A model generated the notes under the pieces. That model worked only from the letters and a program-made list of their open reading frames with translations, was not told the DNA's origin and ran no database searches. A DNA stretch of 64,000 nucleotides from Balanoglossus misakiensis (Eukaryota > Animalia > Hemichordata): the NCBI GenBank assembly GCA_040954595.2, contig CM082580.2, positions 3,648,783 through 3,712,782 on the forward strand. The letters run 5' to 3'. Positions 1 through 15,300 of the stretch are shown in pieces. Each line of letters opens with the position of its first letter. Within the stretch, counting starts at the first letter, position 1. A program made the translations under genes and the position numbers.

Positions 1-359
1 TCCATCGACAAAAGTCGTGTTCAAAATCACATTCACCTTTAATAAGCGAAAAAAGTAACGGAATTAGTGTGAATGTCATTTCTAACATTAAATATTTGTG
101 GTCAATGATGTGTAATAGGCACGTGACCAAGTCATGTGTACTGCTGGTATGTGAACATTTGTATTTGATCACCAGGCCATCTGTTGATCATCAGGTGCGC
201 ACTTCTCAGTAGCCGAAAAATCATATCAAGATAAATTTACTTGACATCATAATATTAATAAGTGCGGGCTTTGGAAGACGCACAAGAAGAAGACTACAAC
301 ACAAAAGGCAGTGCATGTTAACAACACAGCTATATGAGACAGGCGAGTTTAAGACTTAC

Positions 360-3300
360 TGTAGGCTGGACATTTACCAACAGAGATAGATAAGTCATCC
401 ACAGCGATGTCACTACGTCGATGAGGCACTTTGCCCACTTCCACAACGATTTCATAACTGCTTGTCGTGTGAATATCACGTTGGCCACGTCTCCACTCGT
501 TCGCCTGAGTGCCGCTCCGTCTCCAAATCTACAGAAATACACAGTGATGAAAAACTGGCGAAAAACTGTCAAAGAATGGCTTTATGACGTCACATTGAAA
601 TGTGCAATAAAATATTTTGAGTGTGACGCACTGAAAAATATTGATATGGATGAACATTTATTCATAATATCGATGACATTATTTTTAATGTTTCACTATA
701 AAACTTCCGTTCACACAGTAAATTACTGTTCCATGAAGTTAGTGATCTGCACAATGTTGAAGGAACTGAATACACCATGCTTATTTTCTTATCGTCCAAT
801 CTGGCGACCTCTCTCTATAGACAAATGGATCATTCCTCAACAACCTAAGCGATATATTACCCTCACTCACCAGAAACACTATGTTGAATTAAGTGATACT
901 TTGTAAAGGTAAACAACGGAGGCAGTGCTTTTTATCGACAAGAAAAACGAAATACATTTCATCCAAGCTTACCAACGTTTCTTCTCCGCCGGTATTTCTC
1001 AAGTAGATATTGAGATCGCCAACACGACTTCCCAGCATGTGATACCAGAACTGAAAGCAATACCCATCTCTTGGTGTCGGTGGTAATATTGGTGAAATAA
1101 GGCGAGCTGTGTCTGTTATCACGAGATTAGACGATTCGACGTACATATAATATCCTGTCAATATCATGAACAAATGAAACGAATCACTTTAATATTAATA
1201 TTAAAATGAAATTGTTCCTGAGAGTGTAATGTGTAGGGTTACGTAATCTATATAGGCCATAAGAAGTAAAACCGAAAATACTGTATCCTGTATCAAAACA
1301 GTAGACAATGGATAAACCGTACAGACTGTGGAGTCAAAATATAGCTGTCGATAGACAAATCCGTGAATAATAGAATCTCACACTCCCAAGGACCTGGGAT
1401 CGTATTTCTCACACGAGTTGGGGATTTTTTGTCCCACACGAGCCGCAGGCGAGTGTTGGACAAAATATCCCCGACGAGTGTGAGAAATATGATCCCAGGT
1501 CCTTGGTGTGTGAGATTCTTTTTCTCACACGACCAGAAATTTGCGATATTAACGTTTATTTACAACAAAAGAACTAAATCTATAAAATACCAACTGATAA
1601 CTGCATGACCAGTCATATATTGATCCGCCCAGCAAAACTTAGTCCCCATTTCATCACGAGTTTACAGTACACACATGCTATAAAAATGTGCTCAACACAT
1701 TAAAATATGGAGATTGTTTCCAGTGGCATAAATTCGCGCGATATCTAGAAAATACAACCGTTTTTTTAGTCTGTCGCCAACCACGTACACCACTGTCGTC
1801 TGCACATGACCTGATCACATTGTTGTTCCGGTTTGTGTACAACACATCGCACAATTGGATAATATTTGCTCGTTCTGAGGGGTATGGATATCATTATCCA
1901 ATCAGAGCTCGTGTCAGATAACACTTGTCTGTGTGCGCATTAACACAGAGTGTGGGATCAATTTGATCCCACACTCTCTATCCCACACTCCCAGCGGCCA
2001 GGAGTGTGAGAAAGAAAATAAACGCCTTTTGTGATTTACTCAACTATATGACAAGATTTCCGACTAAGAATGCTCTAAATGTAACATCAATCTAACTAGA
2101 GTAAAACGTCTTGTATGAAATGGTTCTTTATTTGGCTTTATTAATGTACAAACCATGGAGACTTGAAATTCTCAGAACTGTTGTCAAAGAGACACTGTAA
2201 ATTTCACTATACGGAGACGAAAAATATTCATGTATAGAGAGACTGGAGGTTGTGTTGTACAACCACTGGATGGTCTGAAATACCAAATAAGTTTGGAGAT
2301 ACACACATTATAGACTGGTGAAAAACGGAAGTCAAAGGGCTCAAAAATTGACCTGCAACAGTTGGACGTGAATCAGTCATTACGAAAAAGAGACACATGT
2401 TAACGAATCGAATACTGATCTTAATGGAATGAAATAATAACGTTACCGTTGACAGTTCCAGTGGTGTGGTCAAACTTGGGTCCTGTATGAAAACCTCCTG
2501 TACTACCTTTCTGTCTTGTCCAATCAGTATTGTCAGTTTTGTTGTCCTGTTTCCAATTGCAAAGCCCGTCTTCAAAGTCACACCCAAATTCTATAACACA
2601 GAGAACGGGTACAATACTATAAGTCACAACATGCTCTTTACTCTGAGATCGCTCTCGTTTGGTATCCATTTGTGTCACAAAAACGTCAGATTCTGGCGCT
2701 TACAGACACCGTGTCTGTCTGTCTGTGAGTATGTCTGTCTGGCTCTTCGTCTCTGTCTCTCTCGTTGCGAACGTTTGTAGTGAGAACAAATAAGTGTTCA
2801 AAATGTAGTTATTGTCATGTCGCCTTTACATGAGGACAAAGGTTGTTCAAGAGACGACCCATGTAATTTCTATCAATGTGAGAGTATTGATCGTTTACCT
2901 GGACAGGGCCCTGAATTAATTTCGATGTCATCCAAAGCAGTGTCTGCCTGTGCCGATCCGTATGTCGCTTCGAACTGGATCTACATAAAAACAAAGTAGT
3001 ACAATGACGGATTTTTTTTCCAAAGCATTTTGGTTCCAGACTATTTATTGCAAACTGCTTTTCGCGCTCCTTAGCATTTCAGATCCCCAACTTTGACCTT
3101 TTGTATATGTGATCCACAAGAAATGCCTGCGTATAAGTTCAAGGTGAATTCAATTTTGACACGTGACCCGGGCATTGCTATGTATGTGACTTCTCTGTCA
3201 TTGCCACATTGCCCAACGTCGTAAAACACAAAATGAAAGCGAAAGTGGAACGAACAAAGCAAGCTGCAGATGCAGGGGCCCTATTGGCCGCGCTGGTGTC

Positions 3301-6300
3301 CCGATGTGATTGAAAGTAATTTCTTTCATTGTAATAATTTCCCGCCTTTCAGTTCAGGGACAATCGGTGGGTTTTCATCGGTCAACTGGGTGACAAGCAT
3401 GACGAGATAATTGTAATCTCACGTGATTTCATAATCTTAAAATAGACCTTGAAGCTAGAGGTATGAAAATCTTGGCTAGACTGATACCTGGTACTCAAAG
3501 GTGGCTTTGAAATCGGCAAATCCCTGGACCCAAACATCTCCATGGTTACCGTTCGTGTGCCAGATGCGTTGTTTTGAGCCATCGCTGACATTTTTCAGAT
3601 ATACACTGAGTTCACCGGCTGAAAAGATCAAAACTCTGATTTTAATTAATTGCACGAAGTTCTGTTCATTTTTGGTACTTGTGTACAGTTAGGAATGCAC
3701 GACAACTTTAGCACTATGAAGTACACGTATACCTATTCAATTGTGCAGTAACTAACAATTTACACCGTTTTTTTATGAATGTGTGAAAACTCCTAGAATG
3801 ATGACATGTCACATGAAATACACTGAAAAAAGACTTGTTTTCCAGGCGACAGTCGCACACAGTTATCTACAATAATACTATGGCGTAAATCAACTTACAG
3901 TCATCTTGATGCAACATGTGGTACCAGAACAAAATACAGGAGCCAGAGGTGGGCCGTAGGTGTTGGCTTGTCAGCAAAGCGTTCTCACCAATTGCTGGTG
4001 GGTCGTTCGGTGATAGAAACGAATTGAAGAGTACATAGAATCCTGAAATAAAATGGCAGGGATAGTCAGCTGTGTTTCAAATATTAATATATCGATTTGA
4101 AACTGTGTTTGTTTTTTATATTAACGTTATTATTTTGAGGAGTGACGTCACATGTTAGAAATCAGAGGCGTGATATATAAAACGACAGTGGGAAGTAAGT
4201 TGACTTGATCAATCAACAGTCTTGCGTGAGCATCACTATGGTTTGGATGCCTTAAAGGCCCACGATCGTCTTACGCGCATGCGCCACTTGAAACTAGAGA
4301 CTCTGGTTACAAAATTGTACATAGTCAATGCAACAATTGCCATTGTGCTGTCCCAACAATGGCAGACAATTACCTTGGTCATTCCCTGTGGTGTGATCGA
4401 AAGCTGGACCGGTATACATGTTTCTAGTTGCCCCGGTGTTAAGCAACCAGTCGAATCGATCGTTGTCGTCATTGATCCAACCACATAGCAGAGCATCTTC
4501 AAAATCACAGAATCCTACATCATTTGACAAAAAAAAAAACCCCAGCCAGTGAGACATGGGTAAGTATTGCCGTCTTACGCAACTAACCCGAGAGACGTGC
4601 ATACACATTTTAAATGGTCGTTTTAGGTTTACATGTATATTATTGTTTTTTTTTTCTACTGCAATCTTCATTCTTACCAGGTGGTGGGCATTCGCCGTCT
4701 CCGATTTCTACGTCATCAATAGCAATATCACCAAGGATACCACTTCCAATGACGGCAGCTATGACTATTTTGAAATCCATGTTGCTGGTCGCAGTGTAAG
4801 TGCTGTATCTCCACTCATTGCCCTGGTCAACTAAAATCAAACAGTGTTCAATTGGTATAGATGTTAAATATGAACACTCACAGTCTCGCTGATACCATAA
4901 TGTTGGCCCTTGGAACTTCTATAATGGGACGTCGATTCATAAGTTAATGAAAAAAAATACAATCACAGTTCAACGACTTACTTGCTTGTGTCCAATTTGA
5001 TTGGCCAGTTTGTTGACCTGTTGGGTCAACTGTGAAGATGAGAAGAGTTCCGATGTCTGCTCCGTACAAGTGATACCAGAATGACATGCATTTAGCGCCA
5101 CCAGCGGTGAACACCGTGCTGACCAGTTGGGCTACAGATCCTTGCGTGTTTTGTGAGGCATCGATGAAAGCGAAGTAACCTTACAAAAAATTTAAGTAGA
5201 GGATGAAATCATTAGTGTCAGCATTCACTGCCTGCGCTTACACTTATTATGGAAGAATTGAAGACCAAATCATGACAAAATCAGTGAACAATCATCAGTG
5301 AGCGCCACATAATATCACGCTTCTTCATCATTACATGTATATCAAAAGGTCAATTATACAATATTCCAGCAATATTGATGACTCCGTGTACACAACATTT
5401 TGATATCCCAAAAACCAACTGGGTAAATGCACACAGTTGTTCAAGATCCATCGGCCGTCTGCCAAACCATATTTTGACAAAACTATCCACATTTATCAAA
5501 TTCTAAAACCACTGCGTCATTCCAAATACCCGCAAAATGTATGTCAACGAACAGTTACCTGTTTCAGTGCCAGTTGTATGGTCGTACTGTGGACCGGTCG
5601 CTGGTGTCGACGTGCCATTTCTTCCGCGACTCCACTGAAAATCGTCGCCATCTTCATCTTGTGTCCAATCACAGAAATCCGCCTCAAACTCACAGACGCC
5701 ACCTTCATCAGTGAACAAACCGGTTTTATGAGAACAGCGACACATTCGAATTGTTGGTGCATTTAACCCTTTGGACGCCATATTGTTTGCTGTCAAAATG
5801 CTGTACAACATTTTGATCAGTGTCACACATTTTCTCTTATTTTTCCAATTATTTTAGACAAGGTGGATTTTTTTTCATTTTCTTCGGCTATTGATCATAA
5901 GTGTAGGGAAGAAATACAACAGTCACGAAGTTAATTTTGTGGGAAAAATGACAAGTTGGCTATGGCGTTGAAAGGGTTAAATGAAAAAATCTTAGATTTA
6001 ACGCCGATAGCACGTATCTACTCAGGTTTGCATTTTAGTAATCGAATTTTACCATCAACATTGAATATGCCACTGAATTTTGCGTCACGTTCATTGTTCC
6101 GATGTAAACTTTGTGATCAACATGTAATATATTCCAATTAAAAACAGTTATACTATTTTTGTCCAGGTCATGTTGTCTTCGGAATACAACTAACTAACCA
6201 CACAAGCAGGTCAGTAAAGTAAGTCACATTGCTTCAGTCATCATTTATGTTACCATGGCAATTAATACTTACTTGGTGGAGGACAATGACCAGCTATAAT

Positions 6301-9300
6301 TGAAATATCATCAATGGCTATGTCACCATGGAAACCGTGACCAATGACTCCTTCGAAAATAAGCTGCGGAAATAAAGAGAACACAAAAAAGTATCTGACT
6401 TGGTGCATGAGAATAGGGAATGTTCAATTTCAAAGCATAAATCATCATAGTTGAGTCGATCAATATTGATCTGGAGGAGACACAGCCTATCACAAGCTTA
6501 AAGGGACAATAGCTGTAACTTTTGGCTATGTTTTCAGTATTTTTGTTCTGTGTACTAAATGCGATTTCTTGTTCTACTCCATACAACATGATAATATACC
6601 CAGTGCTATGCTTGTCAACATACCCTGTATGAGTGTAACGGACATTGTTATTGTTGGCAAATGAATTCTAGGCCGGACCTGAAATTCAAATTTTATACAA
6701 TGACAATGCTGGCTATATACACATACCTGTTGTGTCGATAAGCTAATTGCTGGGCATTTCATCATGTTTCAGGAATTTTAACAAGAAAATGTAGTTGTTA
6801 CACAAAACACACATACTGAAATTGTAGCAAAAAGATACAGCTAATGGACCTTTAAGTTCGCGACGTTTTGTATATTCTATATGACACTTACACGCCACTG
6901 TCCGTTCTTCTTGAACTCCACGTGACCTTGGAGCCACACATTTCCTTGTGAATGATATCGAGTCCAAATTCTCTCTTCCTGCATACCAAACTGTTGAATG
7001 TAAACGCTGAGTTGGTTAATGTCCATGCCAAACATGTGATACCAAAAGGAGAAACACAAAAACTGGTCACCAGTTGGCGGCTGGTAATACGTCTCCAGTC
7101 TGGCTGTGTCACCTAGGCTTCCGTGAGATGCGTCAATGTAAGTATAATGTCCTGGAAAATTAAATAATATTTTAGATTTTAATATATTCATAGCTTAGTA
7201 TGTGTGGTTTGGTGAGTCTTGAGATATTGTGGGTATATAGTGACATTGTGTGATTTAGAGAAAGTTGAGTTGATGCGATAATTGCAATCAGGTGTCAACG
7301 TATCAGTGATTTTATAGCACCGAATGGTTTTCTAATTCTCATGTACATTTTTCGACACTGGCCTTACAGCGAAATGACATATGAATACTTGTTTTCTCAA
7401 TATGATTCTACACGGAGATACTCATCTTTGCACTGTATCGCAGAGATCACTCGGTTTAAAAAGTTCTCCTTACCTGAGCCATTAGTATGGTCAAATCCAG
7501 GCCCAGTGGGATTATATCCGGCACCGCTTGACCTGGCCCAATCAAAATTATCTTCGGAATATGGAGCTTGCATCCAGCCACACATACCATTGGGATTCGG
7601 ATTCTCAAACGTGCAATTCAGTTCTTCGTTTAGAAAAAAAATGGTTAAATTGGTTAAATTATTTTTCTGGCCTCTAAGCAAACATTCTGTCGAGAGGAAT
7701 TTTAACTATCAAATTATGTTTACAATGAGTGACATTTGCCCCTCGAGTAACCACGCACACTCTTTCTAAAAAAATAATGAAGACTGATGCTTACGCGACG
7801 CGTTGGCTGGGACCTCACCAGGATGGCAGTTTATAAAGGTGATGTCATCAATGGCGATATCATGAGCTTGGCCAGTAGATGTGCCCTCGTCCGGATAGGC
7901 ATTGAAAGCAATCTGAGAAGTGCATACATATAGTCAATGAACACGTGTATTAAAGGGACAAAGTCTCTCTCTCGCTGCCCTTTTTTCCATTAATTATGTT
8001 TGATACAAGACACTGTTTGTTATTCTACATGTGGATATATAGTGAATCAACGTTCAACCACACACGACTTCCATCCCTCTTATAGACAGGAGAGTGAAAA
8101 AAACTCGCCAAAATGAATAATCGTTCTTTACCATTTATTCATTTTGGGCGAGTTTTTACTCTCATATCATACAAGTGGGAAGGAAGTTTTGTGTGGTTGA
8201 TCATTGATTCACTTTATATCTACATGTAGAATAAAATAAACGGTGTCTCGTATCAAACATAATTAATGGAAAAGGGGCAGCGAGAGAGAGACTTTGTCCC
8301 TTTAATATTGTCCAGAAATGATTAAGACGAATCGAATCATACGACATTGTGCAATGTATTCCAATGACGTAAACATTGATTGTCACAAAGATATGTTTTT
8401 ATTGTTTTCATGATAGTCAATAAAACATCACTGAAAGATATTGAATTTAGACCCGTAATAATTCTACAGGAATATCATTTCGCCGTGGCGCCGATTATAC
8501 AAAAATGTCATCAAATGTTACCAAGCGATATGTCGAAGTCAACTGTGGGTGTGACGTCACTTACTGCATATCCAGGGTCATTGGTTCCCAAGGCGACGGC
8601 TACTCTTTTCCACTGCGTTCCTTGCTGGTTTGACTTAGAAAAGAGCAATGCAATGTCTTGCTGGGTAGTTCCATTCTGTAGATAGACCTGCAGTGTGCCA
8701 GCATCAGCTCCATACATGTAGTAGGAAAATCGGATTTCACACGCAAGACCAGTCTCACCAAAGACATCTGATACTAGCGTGGCTTTCGAATAGAAGAGTG
8801 AATTCTGCCCCTCAACAAGCATATAGTAACCTTAATAAAAGCGTAAAAAATACTCGTGAACATTTTTTTGTGAAAAAAATGGCTGATGTTAAAACCCCAA
8901 TAGCTCCCGCGTTCTCCATATTTTAATCGACAAAATACTTTAATCTTCTCCTTTAGTCGACAAATGACATTATTTTGATTTTGCGGGGATTATAATGCCC
9001 GTACGCTTTATGGTAGACTGTCATTTTAAAATACGTGTGGCAATTTGAAACGACCACAATGCACCTTCTGTAGCTTCAATGCAACCAGTCAACCTTGTCA
9101 TAGCTCTAGAGGGCGGATTTCTGGTTCGAATCGAATCCCAAAGCACCATCCCTGGATAATTCCAGGGTTATCTCAAATGTATCCAAACTTACCGTTTACA
9201 TCGCCGGAACTATCAGTCTGGGGAGCATTTGGAGATATTGCAGTACCGGCCTGAATTCTCTCCCAGCGGTAGATGCCGTCACTGTTGTCTTGGTAACCGC

Positions 9301-12300
9301 ACACGTGACTCTCAAAGTCACAACTCCCTGAAAAAATTTAATGGGAATATTGTTTTTGTTTTTGTGGAGTTTTTTTACTTCTGTCAGTTTTGTTTTATTT
9401 TTATTTGTTATAAGCTTCATTTACTGGTCTTCCTTGCGATTTGTTACGTTGGTTTAGTAAGGGGTAAGTCTCTTGGTTAATAAATTTAGGAATTACACTT
9501 GGATTACATGTGCCAGGATAGAGAGGTCATCTATCGACTTTACATTGCATTTTGTGTGACATAGGAGACATAAGATATTTACCGCATCTCGCCTCGTCGC
9601 TGTCATCGGTGCACTGAATGGCAAAATCACATTTCTGCGCCAGTGGTATGCAAGTGCGGTCTTCACACACAAACTGATCAAGCTGACACGGAGATGCAGT
9701 AGAGGGAGCTGCAGTGGCTGTGGGTAAGTCGTCATTATAGGGAATGCACCCGGCGGAAAACGCCAAATCATCGATAGCAATATCGCCAAAGCGACCAGGA
9801 CCAACAGTAGCTTCTATGATCACCTTTGAATTCAAATTATGTAATTTATGACATCATAAAGACAAAACCAATCTATCTTAGACATTCACAATCCATGCAT
9901 CCATCCATCCATCCACAATATCTGTAATTAAATATTCGACGCAAACATGATATCCATCCAGGCCATATCATCACCATTGGTATATCTTAGCCAGTCATTT
10001 CGATTTGCCCGTTCAATTCACACCTGTCTCCACTGCTTTGTATGTATATTGTCATTTACCTGAAAGGGTTCGTCTGAAGTGAGGGGAACTTGTCTCCTTT
10101 CGAAGATATCACCACTTTGGCCGACTTTTGTAAACTGTAAACTCAGCGGTCCGCCTTGTGATATGCGCGTGTACACAGAAAGACTACCAACGGTCGATCC
10201 TAGCATGTGATAATACACTGTCATCTGAAACAAAGTGTTTACTATATGAGGAACGGTTTGACTACAATATATACCCCCAAGTGACGGACCTTTGGCGTTG
10301 ATAAGCATAGACTGGTTTGTTAAGTACTGGTAATCGTTTTCATACATTATATAGGGTACTGCATAACCAACACAAAAAAAGATTTTCGAATAATTACAAG
10401 TTTCTGTCCGGCCAATAGAATGGGTATATGGAAGTTCACATTTGCTCGTCTGCATGGATGTTTAATCATTAGAAGTTTATGATTGGGGATTCCACTTCGG
10501 AACATACATTAAAATATGTATTAATAAATTAACATGCAACAAATTCTGATGAATAGAATGAACCTGGTGTTGTATGTTAGAGAGGAATAATTTTCTGAAA
10601 AGTTGACAAGGACAGCGTCATACTAACCTGACAACCGTCTAACTCGTCTGCTTGACGGAAATTTCTACTTCCAAGTCGAGCAACTTCACCGGGTCGTCTA
10701 GGAGACAGTGTGTTGGCGTATAAATAGAAACCAGCATCATTCCCCTTCGTATGATCTCTGCTTGGACCGGTGCCTTCTCGGACGCCATCGTCTGCTCTTT
10801 GCCTCGACCAATCAAAATCATCGTCCGACAGTTGTACCCAATCACAAAAGCCGAATTCGAAGTCACATCGTGTGACGTTTACTGTATTGCGGAAATAGGA
10901 TCACGTGATTTAGAATTTATGATATTTCAATAGAAAGCCTGATTTAGGAATCCACTGCAATTAAGTATTTCCTCAACGGAAGTCTTAGTGTTTTCGAGCT
11001 TGTATTAACGCTATATTCAAATATAAAGTGCAGTATGCGAGAGTGATAGCATAATAATAATCGATGTATGCAATAATGCTATTAACACAGGCTCAAGTGT
11101 CATTGAATGCAGTAATTAATTTCCAATTAAAAAAAAAACATTTATTGCATTCTTTGTTTATCATTCCTTTGACGAATAACCGATGACTTACCACAGTCGG
11201 CAGCAAGTTCGTCCGAGTAGTCACCACAATCATCGGTGAAATCACATTTCAATGCTTGGTCAATACACGAACCTCTATCACACCGGAATTGGTCAGCATT
11301 ACAGACTGGCTCTCTTGCTGCAAACAATCACAGTGCCATACTAGAGTATATAGTGACATACTTACATGTAACTCGTTTACAAGAATCGTGACAGTTAGTT
11401 GTATAAGACTCAAAAAGGACACTTGAGACTTTGAGATATTAATTGAAGTTTAATGTATCTATCAAACAAATCTAACGAGTTAGTTTTTAACATTAGTAGG
11501 ATATTTCTGTGTTATATTTTCTTGTTTTTTATGCTTAAGAAAATGTCTCGAACAATAACTAGACTCAGTCTTTTCGTTAAACGTGTTTGTGCACATATTT
11601 TAGTTTGATTTGATTTGATTAAAATAAATATCCTCATTCTTCAGTAGAAAAATATGAATATGTAGAACCCATTCATGTTTATTTATGTTTATTTATAAAA
11701 AATGAATATTTGTTGCACATTTTGCACAAAAACTGATAAGTTACCTGGGAATCCACATCCTCTGAAAGAGATACTATCAATTGCTACATCACCCTCTGGA
11801 CCATTTGGATGTGACGACTGGAAAACGATCTGAAAATGCAGACGTAGAAATCACGATAGCAATTTCAGTATATCATACTAAATGCCTTTAATTAATTAAG
11901 GAATATTGAATTACATGATTGTGTATGTTGACGGCATTTTGGCTTCGTATGTCGTTATGAATATGTCAACCAACAAACGGCAGCTTTACCCGTCATTTTC
12001 ACAAGACTGTGATATAAATGCCTGACTTTGTATTTACTTCACCTTGAAATCAGTGTTTATTCGACCAATTCCGACCAACGCCCGTCGCCACTGATCACCT
12101 TGGTTACCGGTCATACTCCACAATCTACTGGAAATGTCAGCCTGCTTCAATAAAACTTCGATCGTCCGTATGTCTGCCATGATAAAATCATCAAGAGTTC
12201 TAACAATGTTTAAGCAGAAATACTTTCCTGGCGAAACTTAAATGCAGCCGTACCTTCCGATGGAATTACTTTCACGGAATAGCATGTAATCCTACTGGCG

Positions 12301-15300
12301 TCATGTAGACTTCTTTTCATTTTATTATTGTTTGGCTTTCCAAAGCTTGTTATAGGAGGAAATTTTTTCCTTCCACTTTTGCCTGGGGCTATTGAAACGT
12401 TCTGTGTGTATAGTCCACCTTCATTTTGATGCTTACCTGATCCATACATGTGATACCAGAATATTAATTCACAGGAAGAACTACACGCCCTCAGCGTTGG
12501 ACTATGTATAACGGCTGTATCGTTGGCAGTGCCAGCGGTGGAATTTGAAAAGATGTACCATCCTGCAAACAATCAGATATGTCGTGTGTGTGGTTTCCAC
12601 GTACAAAGTATCGCATAGTCATATACTCTATATGAAACTTATAAACTGATTCAAATCAACACAGTGATTAAATAGATTTGTCGGCGATTTTGTAATAGTA
12701 GGCACGATTTGGAGAGCGTTCAGTGTGACCCTCCCCAAAGACAGGTGTGTAAAATATGAATCATCTTCAAAACTCTCCATCACACCCCTCTTGCACGACT
12801 TATAACTAACTTAGATGGCACGAACAAATCATACGGATATACAAATAACTTCTTCAGTTATTAGTTACTGAATGCTTTAAGTGTGACGTGTTACCTGCAC
12901 AGTCATTTATCGATTACACTATTAAAAATTGTCTTTACAGACATAAGGGTCTGTTTAGTTTTTTTCGGCTTGGGGTCACCGGGGTGGTCACCTACCTTTC
13001 AAGTTTGGGGGGGGGGGGGTCAGTCAAAATAAAATCCACTCCCCCACTGGCCAAAGAAACTGACCAGTCCCTAAACCGACTTGTTTACGAGTGAGGTGTC
13101 TGGAGAAGAGATCTTTACACAAAGACATTGCCAAGACATATTTTATTTACCATATTCCGAGCCAGTAGTCTGGTCTTCCCGAGGTCCCGTACCAACTTTA
13201 CCAGTGTCCCCTTGATTTCGAGACCACGTGTACAAACCGCCGTTTATCTCCTCATATCTACATAAGTCTGATTCAAAATCACACTGACCTGAGAAAAATA
13301 AAATGAACATTGGGGAAATGACAACAGAATATGTTACAATGGGAACACAGAGAGGCAGTTTCCATGCTGTGACATGTACGCATGCGTGATACGCTGATTG
13401 ACAATTTGTATATAAACTGGGTGTCTGACAAATAACAATACGCTCTAAACTTCTGGATAAAAAGAACAAATTTGAAACTTCAGAAAAACGAACTTCTGTC
13501 TACAATCACAACATCTCTAGACTTACCACAGTCTTGCTCATCGGCACCATTAGCACAATTATATTCCCAATTGCATCGATGTGATTGGTCAACAGGCGGC
13601 AAACCAAAACCACAATGAAAGCGGGGAGCCGGTGTTGAGTCTACGCATGCCCCGTCGGTTGTGAGTAAAACGTCATCAATGGCGATGGCAGCGTCGTCGT
13701 TAAGGCCAACTACTCCCTCTAAAACAATCTTATTTGTCAAAAATGAGATATATTCATAAATGAATTACACGCGTAAAGTTTACGCTTGTCATATGACGAT
13801 CACATGACAACCATAAAGTTATTATAAATGTTGGGAGATAGATTTAACATAAAGTGTGGTCTAACTCGGACCGCGTGTTCCAAAATCGAACAGTCCAATC
13901 CCCTCCACCGAAATATCACGTGTTTACCTTGTTCAACTGCACGCTGTGTGTCGTAATGTCTTACCTGATAGGGTTCGCTCTCGTTGATTGATATTTTGGC
14001 CATTTTCCAGTCGTCGCCCTGACTACCACTAATATTCCAAACAAGTCTAGATACACTTGTCTGAATAAATGCCTGTCAGAGAAAACAGATTATTCTGTCA
14101 TGATGTATAAAAATCTTGAATTTATTGCTACGTTAGTACTTTCCGTTCATCACGTATATTTTCTTAATTTGTTTTTAGGTTGGTTTTGTTTTATCAATCG
14201 AATATAGCCTGTTTATAGCCTGTCGCTGTGGTAACGGGAGAAGCAATGAGAAGTGAAGTGCCTTGCTCAAAGGCATAACATAGCGGCCATGAAGTCAATG
14301 TCCTCAGATAGAAAATCAACGGCCATTTCCGGGTCCGATATCCTCTTGCAATAATGATTTCATGTCACGTTGCTTGGCCTGGCGCCGATATTGAGTTTAC
14401 ACTTTGGGTCTGGTATGTGCATGCATAGGTTGCAATGTATACTAGTATTGTATAAATCGCCGTTTGAAATCACCGATACTCCTTGAGGCTAGTGCGACCT
14501 TATGTCTTATAAATGACACGACATTCAAAAAATTCCATGACCCGGAAAAAGGATCACGCGTTTCAAATTTATTTCATGAATTCACTTACATTGAGAGTGC
14601 CTATTCCGCTGCCGTTCATGTAGTAATAAAACTGAAGACATGACACTTTCATTCCAGTGACCGTCTTCGACTCAAGACGCGCGGTTTGAGGTGTCTGCCC
14701 TCCAGTTGAGTTGAAATACATGTAACTTCCTGAGATAAAAAGTGTCGAGAGAAAAGAGTAATTAATTTCTCTGTTCTGCTTTGCTTTGATTTGATTTGTC
14801 ATTCATCCTGCGTGTTGAAATATATTTGGCAAAAAGTTGTCATAGCTCATTGTACTCCCTAAATCGTCAACGCTCCCGGTTAATGAGCAGCTAGGATGAT
14901 TGTTATTGACAATACAATTTAAGTTTTGGCTGGAATTTCGATTGTCAACAGAAATAGACGGGGAAATGTTAATGCATTCAAAAGTTTTTAACGGTAGAGA
15001 TTAGTGATCCTGGTATGTCGTTTCTGGTATGTGACAAGCAACGCCATGGGTCGGTGCTCAGGCGTTTAGACAAAAGTGGGTTCGGGCAACAAACTGGACC
15101 AGTTCCAAAAATAGAATCGTTAAAAAGAAAGTGATACGAACGAGGTTTGTCCGTGTTGTAAGCGTGAATGTCTATTTATGTGGTCCATTTAAATATCTAA
15201 GACTCTACCCTCGGCAAAGGTTTTTAACATCTTGATAAAGTGCTTACGATATACACTGCACGAATTATGATATTCGTATTTGGGTCGCACAGTAATATCG

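Noticed and set aside
8511-8564. Extension of the MAM4 exon ([14 protein letters not shown]) suggested by the ORF track
   Set aside because: The phase-0 donor GCA|GTAAGT at 8564 matches the next exon; the downstream donor is phase 1 and out of frame.
14250-14290. SINE/L2-like AAGTGCCTTGCTCAAAGGCA fragment
   Set aside because: Too short; no pol III boxes or boundaries could be defined.
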